A DNA stretch of 64,000 nucleotides from positions 248,001 to 312,000 of the forward strand of contig CM102287.1 in the NCBI GenBank assembly GCA_046563655.1, given 5' to 3'. This DNA is from Yuukianura sp. NJ FZ-2021 (Eukaryota). Below, one piece after another: positions 10,379 through 23,149 of the stretch; the first letter of the stretch is position 1, and each line of letters opens with the position of its first letter. Made by a program: the position numbers and the translations under genes. The notes under the pieces were generated by a model. That model worked only from the letters and a program-made list of their open reading frames with translations, was not told the origin of the DNA and made no database searches.

Positions 10379-13300
10379 AAATCCATATTTCTCGAGATAC
10401 AGCCATTTTGTGAATTTGCAGAGGAATTTTACCCCATACAAAATTCTAGAAAAACTACCTTTCTAAATACCCACCTTTGAAAGTGTACTCACATCAATTT
10501 CAAGTCGGTGAATCCGAATTGGCAATTAGATTTCACCGGCAATCCATATTTCTCGAGATACAGCCATTTTGTGAATTTGCAGAGGAATTTTACCCCATAC
10601 AAAATTCTAGAAAAACTACCTTGTTAAATGTCCACCTTTGAAAGTATACTCACATCAATTTCAAGTCGGTGAATCCGAATTTGCAATCAGATTTCACCGG
10701 AAATCCATATTTCTCGAGATACAGCCATTTTGTGAATTTGCGGAGCAATTTAACCCCCTTCAAAATTCTAGAAAAACACCTTTCTAAATACCCAACTTTG
10801 AAAGTGTAATCACATCAATTTCAAATCGGTGAATCCAAATTCGCAATTAGATTTCACCGGAAATCCATATTTCTCGAGATACAGCCATTTTGTGAATTTG
10901 CGGAGCAATTTAACCCCCTTCAAAATTCTAGAAAAACACCTTTCTAAATACCCAACTTTGAAAGTGTACTCACATCAATTTCAAGTCAGTGAATCCAAAT
11001 TCGCAATCAGATTTCACCGGAAATCCATATTTCTCGAGATACAGCCATTTTGTGAATTTGCGGAGCAATTTAACCCCCTTCAAAATTCTAGAAAAACTAC
11101 CTTTCTAAATACCCAACTTTGAAAGTGTACTCACATCAATTTCAAGTCGGTGAATCCGAATTTGCAATTTGATCTCACCGGAAATCCATATTTCTCGAGA
11201 TACAGCCATTTTGTGAATTTGCGGAGCAATTTAACCCCTTCAAAATTCTAGAAAAACACCTTTCTAAATACCCAACTTTGAAAGTGTAATCACATCAATT
11301 TCAAATCGGTGAATCCAAATTCGCAATTAGATTTCACCGGAAATCCATATTTCTCGAGATACAGCCATTTTGTGAATTTGCAGAGCAATTTAACCCCCTT
11401 CAAAATTCTAGAAAAACTACCTTTCTAAATACCCACCTTTGAAAGTGTACTCACATCAATTTCAAGTCGGTGAATCCGAATTGGCAATTAGATTTCACCG
11501 GCAATCCATATTTCTCGAGATACAGCCATTTTGTGAATTTGCAGAGGAATTTTACCCCATACAAAATTCTAGAAAAACTACCTTTTTAAATGTCCACCTT
11601 TGAAAGTATACTCACATCAATTTCAAGTCGGTGAATCCGAATTTGCAATCAGATTTCACCGGAAATCCATATTTCTCGAGATACAGCCATTTTGTGAATT
11701 TGCGGAGCAATTTAACCCCCTTCAAAATTCTAGAAAAACACCTTTCTAAATACCCAACTTTGAAAGTGTAATCACATCAATTTCAAATCGGTGAATCCAA
11801 ATTCGCAATTAGATTTCACCGGAAATCCATATTTCTCGAGATACAGCCATTTTGTGAATTTGCAGAGCAATTTAACCCCTTCAAAATTCTAGAAAAACTA
11901 CCTTTCTAAATACCCACCTTTGAAAGTGTACTCACATCAATTTCAAGTCGGTGAATCCGAATTGGCAATTAGATTTCACCGGCAATCCATATTTCTCGAG
12001 ATACAGCCATTTTGTGAATTTGCAGAGGAATTTTACCCCATACAAAATTCTAGAAAAACTACCTTTTTAAATGTCCACCTTTGAAAGTATACTCACATCA
12101 ATTTCAAGTCGGTGAATCCGAATTTGCAATCAGATTTCACCGGAAATCCATATTTCTCGAGATACAGCCATTTTGTGAATTTGCGGAGCAATTTAACCCC
12201 CTACAAAATTCTAGAAAAACTACCTTTCTAAATACCCAACTTTGAAAGTGTAATCACATCAATTTCAAGTCGGTGAATCCAAATTCGCAATTAGATTTCA
12301 ACGGAAATCCATATTTCTCGAGATACAGCCATTTTGTGAATTTGCAGAGCAATTTAACCCCCTTCAAAATTCTAGAAAAACTACCTTTCTAAATACCCAA
12401 CTTTGAAAGTGTACTCACATCAATTTCAAGTCGGTGAATCCGATTTTTCAATTAGATTTCACCGGAAATCCATATTTCTCGAGATACAGCCATTTTGTGA
12501 ATTTGCAGAGCAATTTAACCCCCTTCAAAATTCTAGAAAAACTACCTTTCTAAATACCCAACTTTGAAAGTGTACTCACATCAATTTCAAGTCGGTGAAT
12601 CCGATTTTTCAATTAGATTTCACCGGAAATCCATATTTCTCGAGATACAGCCATTTTGTGAATTTGCAGAGGAATTTTACCCCATACAAAATTCTAGAAA
12701 AACTACCTTTCTAAATACCCACCTTTGAAAGTGTACTCACATCAATTTCAAGTCGGTGAATCCGAATTGGCAATTAGATTTCACCGGCAATCCATATTTC
12801 TCGAGATACAGCCATTTTGTGAATTTGCGGAGCAATTTTACCCCATACAAAATTCTAGAAAAACTACCTTGTTAAATGTCCACCTTTGAAAGTATACTCA
12901 CATCAATTTCAAGTCGGTGAATCCGAATTTGCAATCAGATTTCACCGGAAATCCATATTTCTCGAGATACAGCCATTTTGTGAATTTGCGGAGCAATTTA
13001 ACCCCCTTCAAAATTCTAGAAAAACACCTTTCTAAATACCCAACTTTGAAAGTGTAATCACATCAATTTCAAATCGGTGAATCCAAATTCGCAATTAGAT
13101 TTCACCGGAAATCCATATTTCTCGAGATACAGCCATTTTGTGAATTTGCAGAGCAATTTAACCCCCTTCAAAATTCTAGAAAAACTACCTTTCTAAATAC
13201 CCACCTTTGAAAGTGTACTCACATCAATTTCAAGTCGGTGAATCCGAATTTGCAATTAGATTTCACCGGCAATCCATATTTCTCGAGATACAGCCATTTT

Positions 13301-14905
13301 GTGAATTTGCAGAGCAATTTTACCCCCTACAAAATTCTAGAAAAACTACCTTTTTAAATGTCCACCTTTGAAAGTATACTCACATCAATTTCAAGTCGGT
13401 GAATCCGAATTTGCAATCAGATTTCACCGGAAATCCATATTTCTCGAGATACAGCCATTTTGTGAATTTGCAGAGCAATTTAACCCCCTTCAAAATTCTA
13501 GAAAAACTACCTTTCTAAATACCCACCTTTGAAAGTGTACTCACATCAATTTCAAGTCGTTGAATCCGAATTTGCAATTAGATTTCACCGGAAATCCATA
13601 TTTCTTGAGATACAGCCATTTTGTGAATTTGCAGAGCAATTTAACCCCCTTCAAAATTCTAGAAAAACTACCTTTCTAAATACCCAACTTTGAAAGTGTA
13701 CTCACATCAATTTCAAGTCGGTGAATCCGATTTTTCAATTAGATTTCACCGGAAATCCATATTTCTCGAGATACAGCCATTTTGTGAATTTGCAGAGCAA
13801 TTTAACCCCCTTCAAAATTCTAGAAAAACTACCTTTCTAAATACCCACCTTTGAAAGTGTACTCACATCAATTTCAAGTCGGTGAATCCGAATTTGCAAT
13901 TAGATTTCACCGGAAATCCATATTTCTCGAGATACAGCCATTTTGTGAATTTGCAGAGCAATTTTACCCCCTACAAAATTCTAGAAAAACTACCTTTCTA
14001 AATACCCACCTTTGAAAGTGTACTCACATCAATTTCAAGTCGGTGAATCCAAATTCGCAATTAGATTTCACCGGAAATCCATATTTCTCGAGATACAGCC
14101 ATTTTGTGAATTTGCAGAGCAATTTAACCCTTTACAAAATTCTAGAAAAACTACCTTTCTAAATACCCAACTTTGAAAGTGTACTCACATCAATTTCAAG
14201 TCGGTGAATCCGAATTTGCAATTAGATTTCACCGGAAATCCATATTTCTCGAGATACAGCCATTTTGTGAATTTGCAGAGCAATTTTACCCCCTACAAAA
14301 TTCTAGAAAAACTACCTTTTTAAATGTCCACCTTTGAAAGTATACTCACATCAATTTCAAGTCGGTGAATCCGAATTTGCAATCAGATTTCACCGGAAAT
14401 CATATTTCTCGAGATACAGCCATTTTGTGAATTTGCAGAGCAATTTAACCCCCTTCAAAATTCTAGAAAAACTACCTTTCTAAATACCCACCTTTGAAAG
14501 TGTACTCACATCAATTTCAAGTCGGTGAATCCAAATTCGCAATTAGATTTCACCGGAAATCCATATTTCTCGAGATACAGCCATTTTGTGAATTTGCAGA
14601 GCAATTTAACCCCCTTCAAAATTCTAGAAAAACTACCTTTCTAAATACCCAACTTTGAAAGTGTACTCACATCAATTTCAAGTCGTTGAATCCGAATTTG
14701 CAATTAGATTTCACCGGAAATCCATATTTCTTGAGATACAGCCATTTTGTGAATTTGCAGAGCAATTTAACCCCCTTCAAAATTCTAGAAAAACTACCTT
14801 TCTAAATACCCAACTTTGAAAGTGTACTCACATCAATTTCAAGTCGGTGAATCCGAATTTGCAATTAGATTTCACCGGCAATCCATATTTCTCGAGATAC
14901 AGCCA

Positions 14906-17900
14906 TTTGTTTGGAAACAAATTTTCATAAAAAAAAGTAACGAGATGAGGGACGACACAGCAAGTGAAAGTGGGTTCCTGTAGCCCTTTTTATGAGGATT
15001 TCAAAAATGTAGTTGACTTTTACCTAGCATCGTTCCTGAATGCATTTCTTTTGAATTTTTGTTGTGAAACATGAATTTTCATAAATAAAGGTAACAAGTT
15101 GTAGGACTACACAGCAAGTGAAAGTGGGCTCCTGTAGCACTTTTTATGAGGATTTCAAAGATGTAGTTGACTTTTACCTAGCATCGTTTCGGAATGCATT
15201 TCTTTTGAATTCTTTGTTTTGAAACATGAATTTTCATAAATAAAAGTAACAAGGTTAGGGACGACACAGCAAGTGAAAATGGGCTCCTGTTGCACTTTTT
15301 ATGACGATTTCAAAAATGTAGTTGACTTTTACCTAGCATCGTTCCTGAATGCATTTCTTTTGAATTTTTGTTGTGAAACATGAATTTTCATAAATAAAGG
15401 TAACAAGATGTAGGATTACACAGCAAGTGAAAGTGGGCTCCTGTAGCACTTTTTATGAGGATTTCAAAGCTGTAGTTGACTTTTACCCAGCATCGTTCCG
15501 GAATGCATTTCTTTTGAATTCTTTGTTTTGAAACAAGAATTTTCCTAAATAAAAGTAACAAGATTAGGGACGACACAGCAAGTGAAAATGGGCTCCTGTA
15601 GCACATATTATGAGGATTTCAAAAATGTAATTTACTTTCTGTTCATTCTCACATTAGCATGTTTATTCTCAGAAATTTAAGTCGTTTTCGACAAAATGGT
15701 GCTCGGCATTGCCCTGGGTACCGTTTACCAACCCAAGATAAACTCCGAGGCAGAGGGGTTCATCCAGACTCTTAAGTACGCTCTAACCAGATTTAATGGC
15801 GATCTATCCACGCCAATTATCCTTGGGTTCCTGTAGTACTTTTCAGGAGGATTTCAGAAAAGAAACTCGTTTTCACCCGGCATCGCTCCGCGTGGAGGTT
15901 TTTCGAAATATTTGTTTGGAAACAAATTTTCATAAAGAAAAGTAACAAGATTAGGGACGACACAGCAAGTGAAAGTGGGCTCCTGTAGCACTTTTTATGA
16001 GGATTTCAAAAATGAAATTTACTATCTGTTTATTCTCGCATTAACATGTTCATTCTCACAAATTTAAGTCGTTTTCGACAAAATGGTGCTCGGCATTGCC
16101 CTGGGTACCGTTTACCAACCCAAGATAAACTCCGTGGCAGAGCGGTTCATCCAGACTTTTAAGTACCTCTAACCAGATTTAATGGCGATCTATCCACGCC
16201 AATTATCCTTGGGTTCCTGTAGTACTTTTCAGGAGGATTTCAGAAAAGTAACTCATATTCACCCGGCATCGCTCCGCGTGGAGGTTTTTCGAAATAGTTG
16301 TTTGGAAACAAATTTTCATAAAAAAAAGTAACGAGATGAGGGACGACACACCAAGTGAAAGTGGGTTCCTGTAGCCCTTTTTATGAGGATTTCAAAAATG
16401 TAGTTGACTGTTACCTAGCATCGTTCCGGAATGTATTTCTTTTGAATTCTTTGTTTTGAAACATGGATTTTCATAAATAAAAGTAACAAGATGAGGGAGG
16501 ACACAGCAAGTGAAGGTGGGCTTCTGTAGCTCTTTTTATGAGGATTTCAAAAATGAAATTTACTTTCTGTTCATTCTCACATTAGCATGTTTATTCTCAG
16601 AAATTTAAGTCGTTTTCGACAAAATGGTGCTCGGCATTGCCCTGGGTACCGTTTACCAACCCAAGATAAACTCCGAGGCAGAGGGGTTCATCCAGACTCT
16701 TAAGTACGCTCTAACCAGATTTAATGGCGATCTATCCACGCCAATTATCCTTGGGTTCCTGTAGTACTTTTCAGGAGGATTTCAGAAAAGAAACTCGTTT
16801 TCACCCGGCATCGCTCCGCGTGGAGGTTTTTCGAAATATTTGTTTGGAAACAAATTTTCATAAAGAAAAGTAACAAGATTAGGGACGACACAGCAAGTGA
16901 AAGTGGGCTCCTGTAGCACTTTTTATGAGGATTTCAAAAATGAAATTTACTATCTGTTTATTCTCGCATTAACATGTTCATTCTCACAAATTTAAGTCGT
17001 TTTCGACAAAATGGTGCTCGGCATTGCCCTGGGTACCGTTTACCAACCCAAGATAAACTCCGTGGCAGAGCGGTTCATCCAGACTTTTAAGTACCTCTAA
17101 CCAGATTTAATGGCGATCTATCCACGCCAATTATCCTTGGGTTCCTGTAGTACTTTTCAGGAGGATTTCAGAAAAGTAACTCATATTCACCCGGCATCGC
17201 TCCGCGTGGAGGTTTTTCGAAATAGTTGTTTGGAAACAAATTTTCATAAAAAAAAGTAACGAGATGAGGGACGACACACCAAGTGAAAGTGGGTTCCTGT
17301 AGCCCTTTTTATGAGGATTTCAAAAATGTAGTTGACTGTTACCTAGCATCGTTCCGGAATGTATTTCTTTTGAATTCTTTGTTTTGAAACATGGATTTTC
17401 ATAAATAAAAGTAACAAGATGAGGGAGGACACAGCAAGTGAAGGTGGGCTTCTGTAGCTCTTTTTATGAGGATTTCAAAAATGAAATTTACTTTCTGTTC
17501 ATTCTCACATTAGCATGTTTATTCTCAGAAATTTAAGTCGTTTTCGACAAAATGGTGCTCGGCATTGCCCTGGGTACCGTTTACCAACCCAAGATAAACT
17601 CCGAGGCAGAGGGGTTCATCCAGACTCTTAAGTACGCTCTAACCAGATTTAATGGCGATCTATCCACGCCAATTATCCTTGGGTTCCTGTAGTACTTTTC
17701 AGGAGGATTTCAGAAAAGAAACTCGTTTTCACCCGGCATCGCTCCGCGTGGAGGTTTTTCGAAATATTTGTTTGGAAACAAATTTTCATAAAGAAAAGTA
17801 ACAAGATTAGGGACGACACAGCAAGTGAAAGTGGGCTCCTGTAGCACTTTTTATGAGGATTTCAAAAATGAAATTTACTATCTGTTTATTCTCGCATTAA

Positions 17901-20209
17901 CATGTTCATTCTCACAAATTTAAGTCGTTTTCGACAAAATGGTGCTCGGCATTGCCCTGGGTACCGTTTACCAACCCAAGATAAACTCCGTGGCAGAGCG
18001 GTTCATCCAGACTTTTAAGTACCTCTAACCAGATTTAATGGCGATCTATCCACGCCAATTATCCTTGGGTTCCTGTAGTACTTTTCAGGAGGATTTCAGA
18101 AAAGTAACTCATATTCACCCGGCATCGCTCCGCGTGGAGGTTTTTCGAAATAGTTGTTTGGAAACAAATTTTCATAAAAAAAAGTAACGAGATGAGGGAC
18201 GACACACCAAGTGAAAGTGGGTTCCTGTAGCCCTTTTTATGAGGATTTCAAAAATGTAGTTGACTGTTACCTAGCATCGTTCCGGAATGCATTTCTTTTG
18301 AATTCTTTGTTTTGAAACATGGATTTTCATAAATAAAAGTAACAAGATGAGGGAGGACACAGCAAGTGAAGGTGGGCTTCTGTAGCTCTTTTTATGAGGA
18401 TTTCAAAAATGAAATTTACTTTCTGTTCATTCTCACATTAGCATGTTTATTCTCAGAAATTTAAGTCGTTTTCGACAAAATGGTGCTCGCATTGCCCTGG
18501 GTACCGTTTACCAACCCAAGATAAACTCCGTGGCAGAGCGGTTCATCCAGACTTTTAAGTACCTCTAACCAGATTTAATGGTGATCTATCCACGCCAATT
18601 ATCCTTGGGTTCCTGTAGTACTTTTCAGGAGGATTTCAGAAAAGTAACTCGTTTTCACCCGGCATCGCTCCGCGTGGAGGTTTTTCGAAATATTTGTTTG
18701 GAAACAAATTTTCATAAAGAAAAGTAACAAGATTAGGGACGACACAGCAAGTGAAAGTGGGCTCCTGTAGCACTTTTTATGAGGATTTCAAAAATGAAAT
18801 TTACTATCTGTTTATTCTCGCATTAACATGTTCATTCTCACAAATTTAAGTCGTTTTCGACAAAATGGTGCTCGCATTGCCCTGGGTACCGTTTACCAAC
18901 CCAAGATAAACTCCGTGGCAGAGCGGTTCATCCAGACTTTTAAGTACCTCTAACCAGATTTAATGGCGATCTATCCACGCCAATTATCCTTGGGTTCCTG
19001 TAGTACTTTTCAGGAGGATTTCAGAAAAGTAACTCATATTCACCCGGCATCGCTCCGCGTGGAGGTTTTTCGAAATATTTGTTTGGAAACAAATTTTCAT
19101 AAAAAAAAGTAACGAGATGAGGGACGACACAGCAAGTGAAAGTGGGTTCCTGTAGCCCTTTTTATGAGGATTTCAAAAATGTAGTTGACTGTTACCTAGC
19201 ATCGTTCCGGAATGCATTTCTTTTGAATTCTTTGTTTTGAAACATGGATTTTCATAAATAAAAGTAACAAGATGAGGGAGGACACAGCAAGTGAAGATGG
19301 GCTTCTGTAGCTCTTTTTATGAGGATTTCAAAAATGTAGTTGACTTTTACCTAGCATCGTTTCGGAATGCATTTCTTTTGAATTCTTTGTTTTGAAACAT
19401 GAATTTTCATAAATAAAAGTAACAAGATTAGGGACGACACAGCAAGTGAAAGTGGGCTCCTGTAGCACTTTTTATGACGATTTCAAAAATGTAGTTGACT
19501 TTTACCCAGCATCGTTCCTGAATGCATTTCTGTTGAATTTTTGTTGTGAAACATGAATTTTCATAAATAAAGGTAACACGATGTAGGACTACACAGCAAG
19601 TGAAAGTGGGCTCCTGTAGCACTTTTTATGAGGATTTCAAAGCTGTAGTTGACTTTTACCCAGCATCGTTCCGGAATGCATTTCTTTTGAATTCTTTGTT
19701 TTGAAACAAGAATTTTCCTAAATAAAAGTAACAAGATTAGGGACGACACAGCAAGTGAAAATGGGCTCCTGTAGCACATATTATGAGGATTTCAAAAATG
19801 TAATTTACTTTCTGTTCATTCTCACATTAGCATGTTCATTCTCAGAAATTTAAGTCGTTTTCAACAAAATGGTGCTCGGCATTGCCCTGGGTACCGTTTA
19901 CCAACCCAAGATAAACTCCGAGGCAGAGGGGTTCATCCAGACTCTTAAGTACGCTCTAACCAGATTTAATGGCGATCTATCCACGCCAATTATCCTTGGG
20001 TTCCTGTAGTACTTTTCAGGAGGATTTCAGAAAAGAAACTCGTTTTCACCCGGCATCGCTCCGCGTGGAGGTTTTTCGAAATATTTGTTTGGAAACAAAT
20101 TTTCATAAAGAAAAGTAACAAGATTAGGGACGACACAGCAAGTGAAAGTGGGCTCCTGTAGCACTTTTTATGAGGATTTCAAAAATGAAATTTACTATCT
20201 GTTTATTCT
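14906..20209 (+). repeat. Satellite B array: 154/155-bp monomers plus a 387-bp long variant; includes a 928-bp higher-order repeat in about 3 copies
   Basis: CAAGTGAAA at 14961, 15115 and 15270; long unit 15579 to 15966; GTTTATTCTCAGAAA at 15661, 16589, 17517 and 18445. Confidence 0.97.
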
Positions 20210-20271
20210 TCTTAGTCATAATTCCTATTCCTATTCATATTCTATATGACGCCTAAGAAGTCCTAAAAACT

Positions 20272-22260
20272 GACGTTCGTCAGTTTTTAGGACTTTGCTC
20301 CTGGTATCGGCAGTTTGTCGACAAGTTTTCAGAGGTTAGTGAGCCCCTTAACAGGTTGTTGCATAAGGATGTCCCATTTGAGTGGTCAGATGCTCAGGAG
20401 TCCGCATTTTTAAAGCTCAGAGCAGCGATTTGTTCCGATAATTTAGTTTTGGCTTTTCCCGATTTTTCGAAAGAGTTCATCATCCGGACGGACGCGTCCA
20501 AGGTTGGTGTTTCTGCAGTCCTTGCCCAGGAAATCAATGGTTTTGAGAGACCAATAGCTTTTGCCAGTCGTTCCCTAAATAACGCAGAAAAGAACTACGG
20601 TTCCAGTGAAATTGAGTGTGTAGGTATTTTGTTTGCCCTTAAGAAATTCGAACATTACATTGACGGTCAGAGATTTCGCCTCGAGACAGACAATAAAGCT
20701 CTAGTTTGGTTAGACAAAATGAAAGATGTCAACAGTAAGTTTACCCGTTGGGCCCTTAGAATTCAGGATTTTCAGCCCATTATTACTCATTGTCCAGGGA
20801 AACTTAACGTTGTAGCAGACGCCTTGTCTAGAGCCCCAGTAGGAGAAAGTGAGGATGCAGAAGTTCATCGCGAAAATTTACATTTTCCACTAAATAGTTC
20901 TTCTCCCGCCATTTTTCTTTCACTCACAAGGAAAATTTCGTTAGATCAGCTCAAAGAGGAACAAAGTAAAGATTTAGAGGTCCAAGCGCTTTTAACTGAC
21001 ATGGGTAAAGATTTCGTAGTGCACGACGGAATCCTTTACCGATTAGGAAAGTACGCAGGGAAACTTCCTTTCATTCCTTCTTCTTTACGTTCCCAAGTTC
21101 TGAGTTATTTTCATGATCGTCCAGAGTCAGGTCACATGGGCTTCAGAAAGACCCTTTATCGCTTACTACGTCGAGTCTTCTGGTTTGGTATGCACGAAGA
21201 CATTTACAAATTCGTTACGTCCTGTGACATTTGTCAAAAGACTAAAAATCCCACTACGAAACCAGTAGGTGAGCTCCAAAGTGTTCAGACTAGAGGTCCA
21301 TGGGATATGTTAGCCCTTGATTTGATAGGCCCCCTTACGAAAACCCAACGCCAAAATACGTTTCTGTTAGTCGTGACAGACCATTTTACCAAATGGGTTG
21401 AGATTTTTCCCCTTAGAGAGGCTACGACTCCTCAGATTATTCAAAAGCTTGAGCAGGAAGTCTTTTGTCGTTTCGGTAGGCCTCGAGCGTTACTTAGCGA
21501 CAACGGTTCCCAATTTACTTCTGAGTTGTTTAAGAAACTTTGCAAAACTTGGCAGGTTAAGCTAAAATTCATTTCGACCTATCATCCTCAGGCGAACATT
21601 ACCGAGCGTGTCAATCGGAACGTCATAGCGATTCTTAGAGCCTATGTAGCAAGGAAACATTCAAAATGGGATGAGAATCTCCCGGAAGTTGCCATGGCAT
21701 TGCGTACTGCGATCAGCGATTCGACAGGTTTTAGCCCCTCTATGTTAAATTTCGGTCGTGAGCTTTCCACTCCCTTTGATTTGGCCTTAGACGATTCTCA
21801 GAGCGACGCATTTTCTGAGTGGACAGACTACCAATTGACCCTGATAGAGCGTCTCTCAAAAGTTTATCGATTAGCCAGGGAACATTTAGAAAAGTCGCAA
21901 GCCTCCCAGGCCAAGTACTACAATCAAAAACGTAGGTCAGACAGCTTTGAAGTTGGTGATTTAGTCCTTCTGCGCACTCACATACAGTCAGACAAGGCTA
22001 AAGGAATCATGAAGAAGTTTGCATTTAAGTGGGAAGGCCCTTATGTCATTTCGGAGAAGGTTACGCCCTTAGTTTACGGCCTAAAGTTGTTTGGTTCTGA
22101 GGAAAGTGCTGGTCGCCATAACATTGTCAATTTGAAAAGGTATTTTTCCCGCCCTTCAGAACCATTACCTGAGCCTATGACCTATGCTAAAGTCGTTAAG
22201 ACCAAGCCAGTACCTGTACAGAGTAGTTACCAGTTACGTAATCGTACAACAGGCATTTAA
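20272..22260 (+). CDS. pol: Pol C-terminal fragment: RT thumb/connection, RNase H, integrase
   Basis: DVRQFLGLCSWYR; TDASKVGVSAVL; ETDNKAL; NVVADALSR; HHCC (HD..GH..CDIC); LDLIGPL, SDNGSQFTS, YHPQANITER (DDE); WEGPY. Confidence 0.95.
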   Translation, partial: DVRQFLGLCSWYRQFVDKFSEVSEPLNRLLHKDVPFEWSDAQESAFLKLRAAICSDNLVLAFPDFSKEFIIRTDASKVGVSAVLAQEINGFERPIAFASRSLNNAEKNYGSSEIECVGILFALKKFEHYIDGQRFRLETDNKALVWLDKMKDVNSKFTRWALRIQDFQPIITHCPGKLNVVADALSRAPVGESEDAEVHRENLHFPLNSSSPAIFLSLTRKISLDQLKEEQSKDLEVQALLTDMGKDFVVHDGILYRLGKYAGKLPFIPSSLRSQVLSYFHDRPESGHMGFRKTLYRLLRRVFWFGMHEDIYKFVTSCDICQKTKNPTTKPVGELQSVQTRGPWDMLALDLIGPLTKTQRQNTFLLVVTDHFTKWVEIFPLREATTPQIIQKLEQEVFCRFGRPRALLSDNGSQFTSELFKKLCKTWQVKLKFISTYHPQANITERVNRNVIAILRAYVARKHSKWDENLPEVAMALRTAISDSTGFSPSMLNFGRELSTPFDLALDDSQSDAFSEWTDYQLTLIERLSKVYRLAREHLEKSQASQAKYYNQKRRSDSFEVGDLVLLRTHIQSDKAKGIMKKFAFKWEGPYVISEKVTPLVYGLKLFGSEESAGRHNIVNLKRYFSRPSEPLPEPMTYAKVVKTKPVPVQSSYQLRNRTTGI

Positions 22261-22290
22261 TTTTTCGTTCTGTTCTTTTGTTGGTTTAGC

Positions 22291-22899
22291 ATGTCTTCTC
22301 AGCGATCAGCCAGACCTAAACTTGATTTTCCTCAGTGGGACGGAGAGATCGTCACTGATTTCCTGAAGCGTTTGATCCCTAAGATAGAATCTGCTCTCCA
22401 GCGAAAGCCTACAGACTCTGAAATCGTTTACTATGCCAAGCGTAACTTGAATCCTGCGATTCTCGAAGCCATTCCTACCTCCTGGCATAAAACTGGCAGA
22501 GGCCTTACGACCTCCAAGCTCATGTACCTCGATTCTGTCCTGCGCGAGAAGTTCCCGCCTTCCATTTATTTTTGGAGTCGACCAAGGTCTCCGTCTCCTA
22601 AGTCTCCCGAGGAAAGGCTCCCGGACATTACAGTCACGGTCCAGTGTCAACCGGCTCCTCCGCTGCCTCCTCCACTTCCACCAGTTCCTCAGAATTTGCC
22701 TCCGCCGCCTCCTCCTCCGGCAAAACCATCTAAAACGAGCCAGTTTCCGCGTAGATGCGCTCCTACTCCTATTAAAAAAGAGCTACATTGCCTACGATGC
22801 GGTCAGCCCGGTCATCTTGCGTCGACGTGCAAAGCCCCGCGCAGAAACCAATTCAAAACGAACAAGAAAAGTAACCCTCGTTACGCAAAACCCACCTAA
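22291..22899 (+). CDS. Extra 3' ORF (202 aa): Gag-like N-terminus, proline-rich linker, CCHC knuckle
   Basis: Intact ATG-to-TAA frame 30 nt after the pol stop; PKLDFPQWDG start; poly-Pro; CLRCGQPGHLASTC. Confidence 0.75.
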   Translation: MSSQRSARPKLDFPQWDGEIVTDFLKRLIPKIESALQRKPTDSEIVYYAKRNLNPAILEAIPTSWHKTGRGLTTSKLMYLDSVLREKFPPSIYFWSRPRSPSPKSPEERLPDITVTVQCQPAPPLPPPLPPVPQNLPPPPPPPAKPSKTSQFPRRCAPTPIKKELHCLRCGQPGHLASTCKAPRRNQFKTNKKSNPRYAKPT

Positions 22900-23131
22900 A
22901 GCGACGATTTGTGTGCTCAGTAGTCTAGTGATAGATTAGTTGGGACTAGAGTCCCGTATTAAGTGCCTTCAGCACAGTAGTTTTAAGTTCAATTCATTTT
23001 TTGACACTTGTCATCAAATTCCAGTTAGTAGTTTTAAGCATTTTTCCTCTAAGTTTCATTTTCATTGTTTATTTGTTTTGATTTCAAAATTTGTGTCTTC
23101 CCTTGTCTTCCTCTCTTTGTAGCAAAGCTAC

Positions 23132-23146
23132 AAAGCGGGGAGGGGG
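23132..23146 (+). promoter_or_regulatory. Polypurine tract
   Basis: AAAGCGGGGAGGGGG just upstream of the 3' LTR. Confidence 0.85.
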
Positions 23147-23149
23147 TGA

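Larger units (their letters stand above)
1..14905. repeat. Satellite A tandem array, 161-bp monomer, with higher-order (about 8-mer) organisation; interrupted by LTR insertions at 5243-5600 and 6892-10378
   Basis: TAGAAAAACTACC recurs at 1, 162 and 323 (period 161); monomers are near-identical; variant monomers recur in fixed order. Confidence 0.98.

Noticed and set aside
20210..20250. Telomere-repeat healing at the junction (TTCCTA, CCTAA words)
   Set aside because: No true tandem telomeric run; better explained as templated filler
22291..22899. env gene
   Set aside because: No signal peptide, transmembrane helix or fusion-protein features; it has a CCHC knuckle instead
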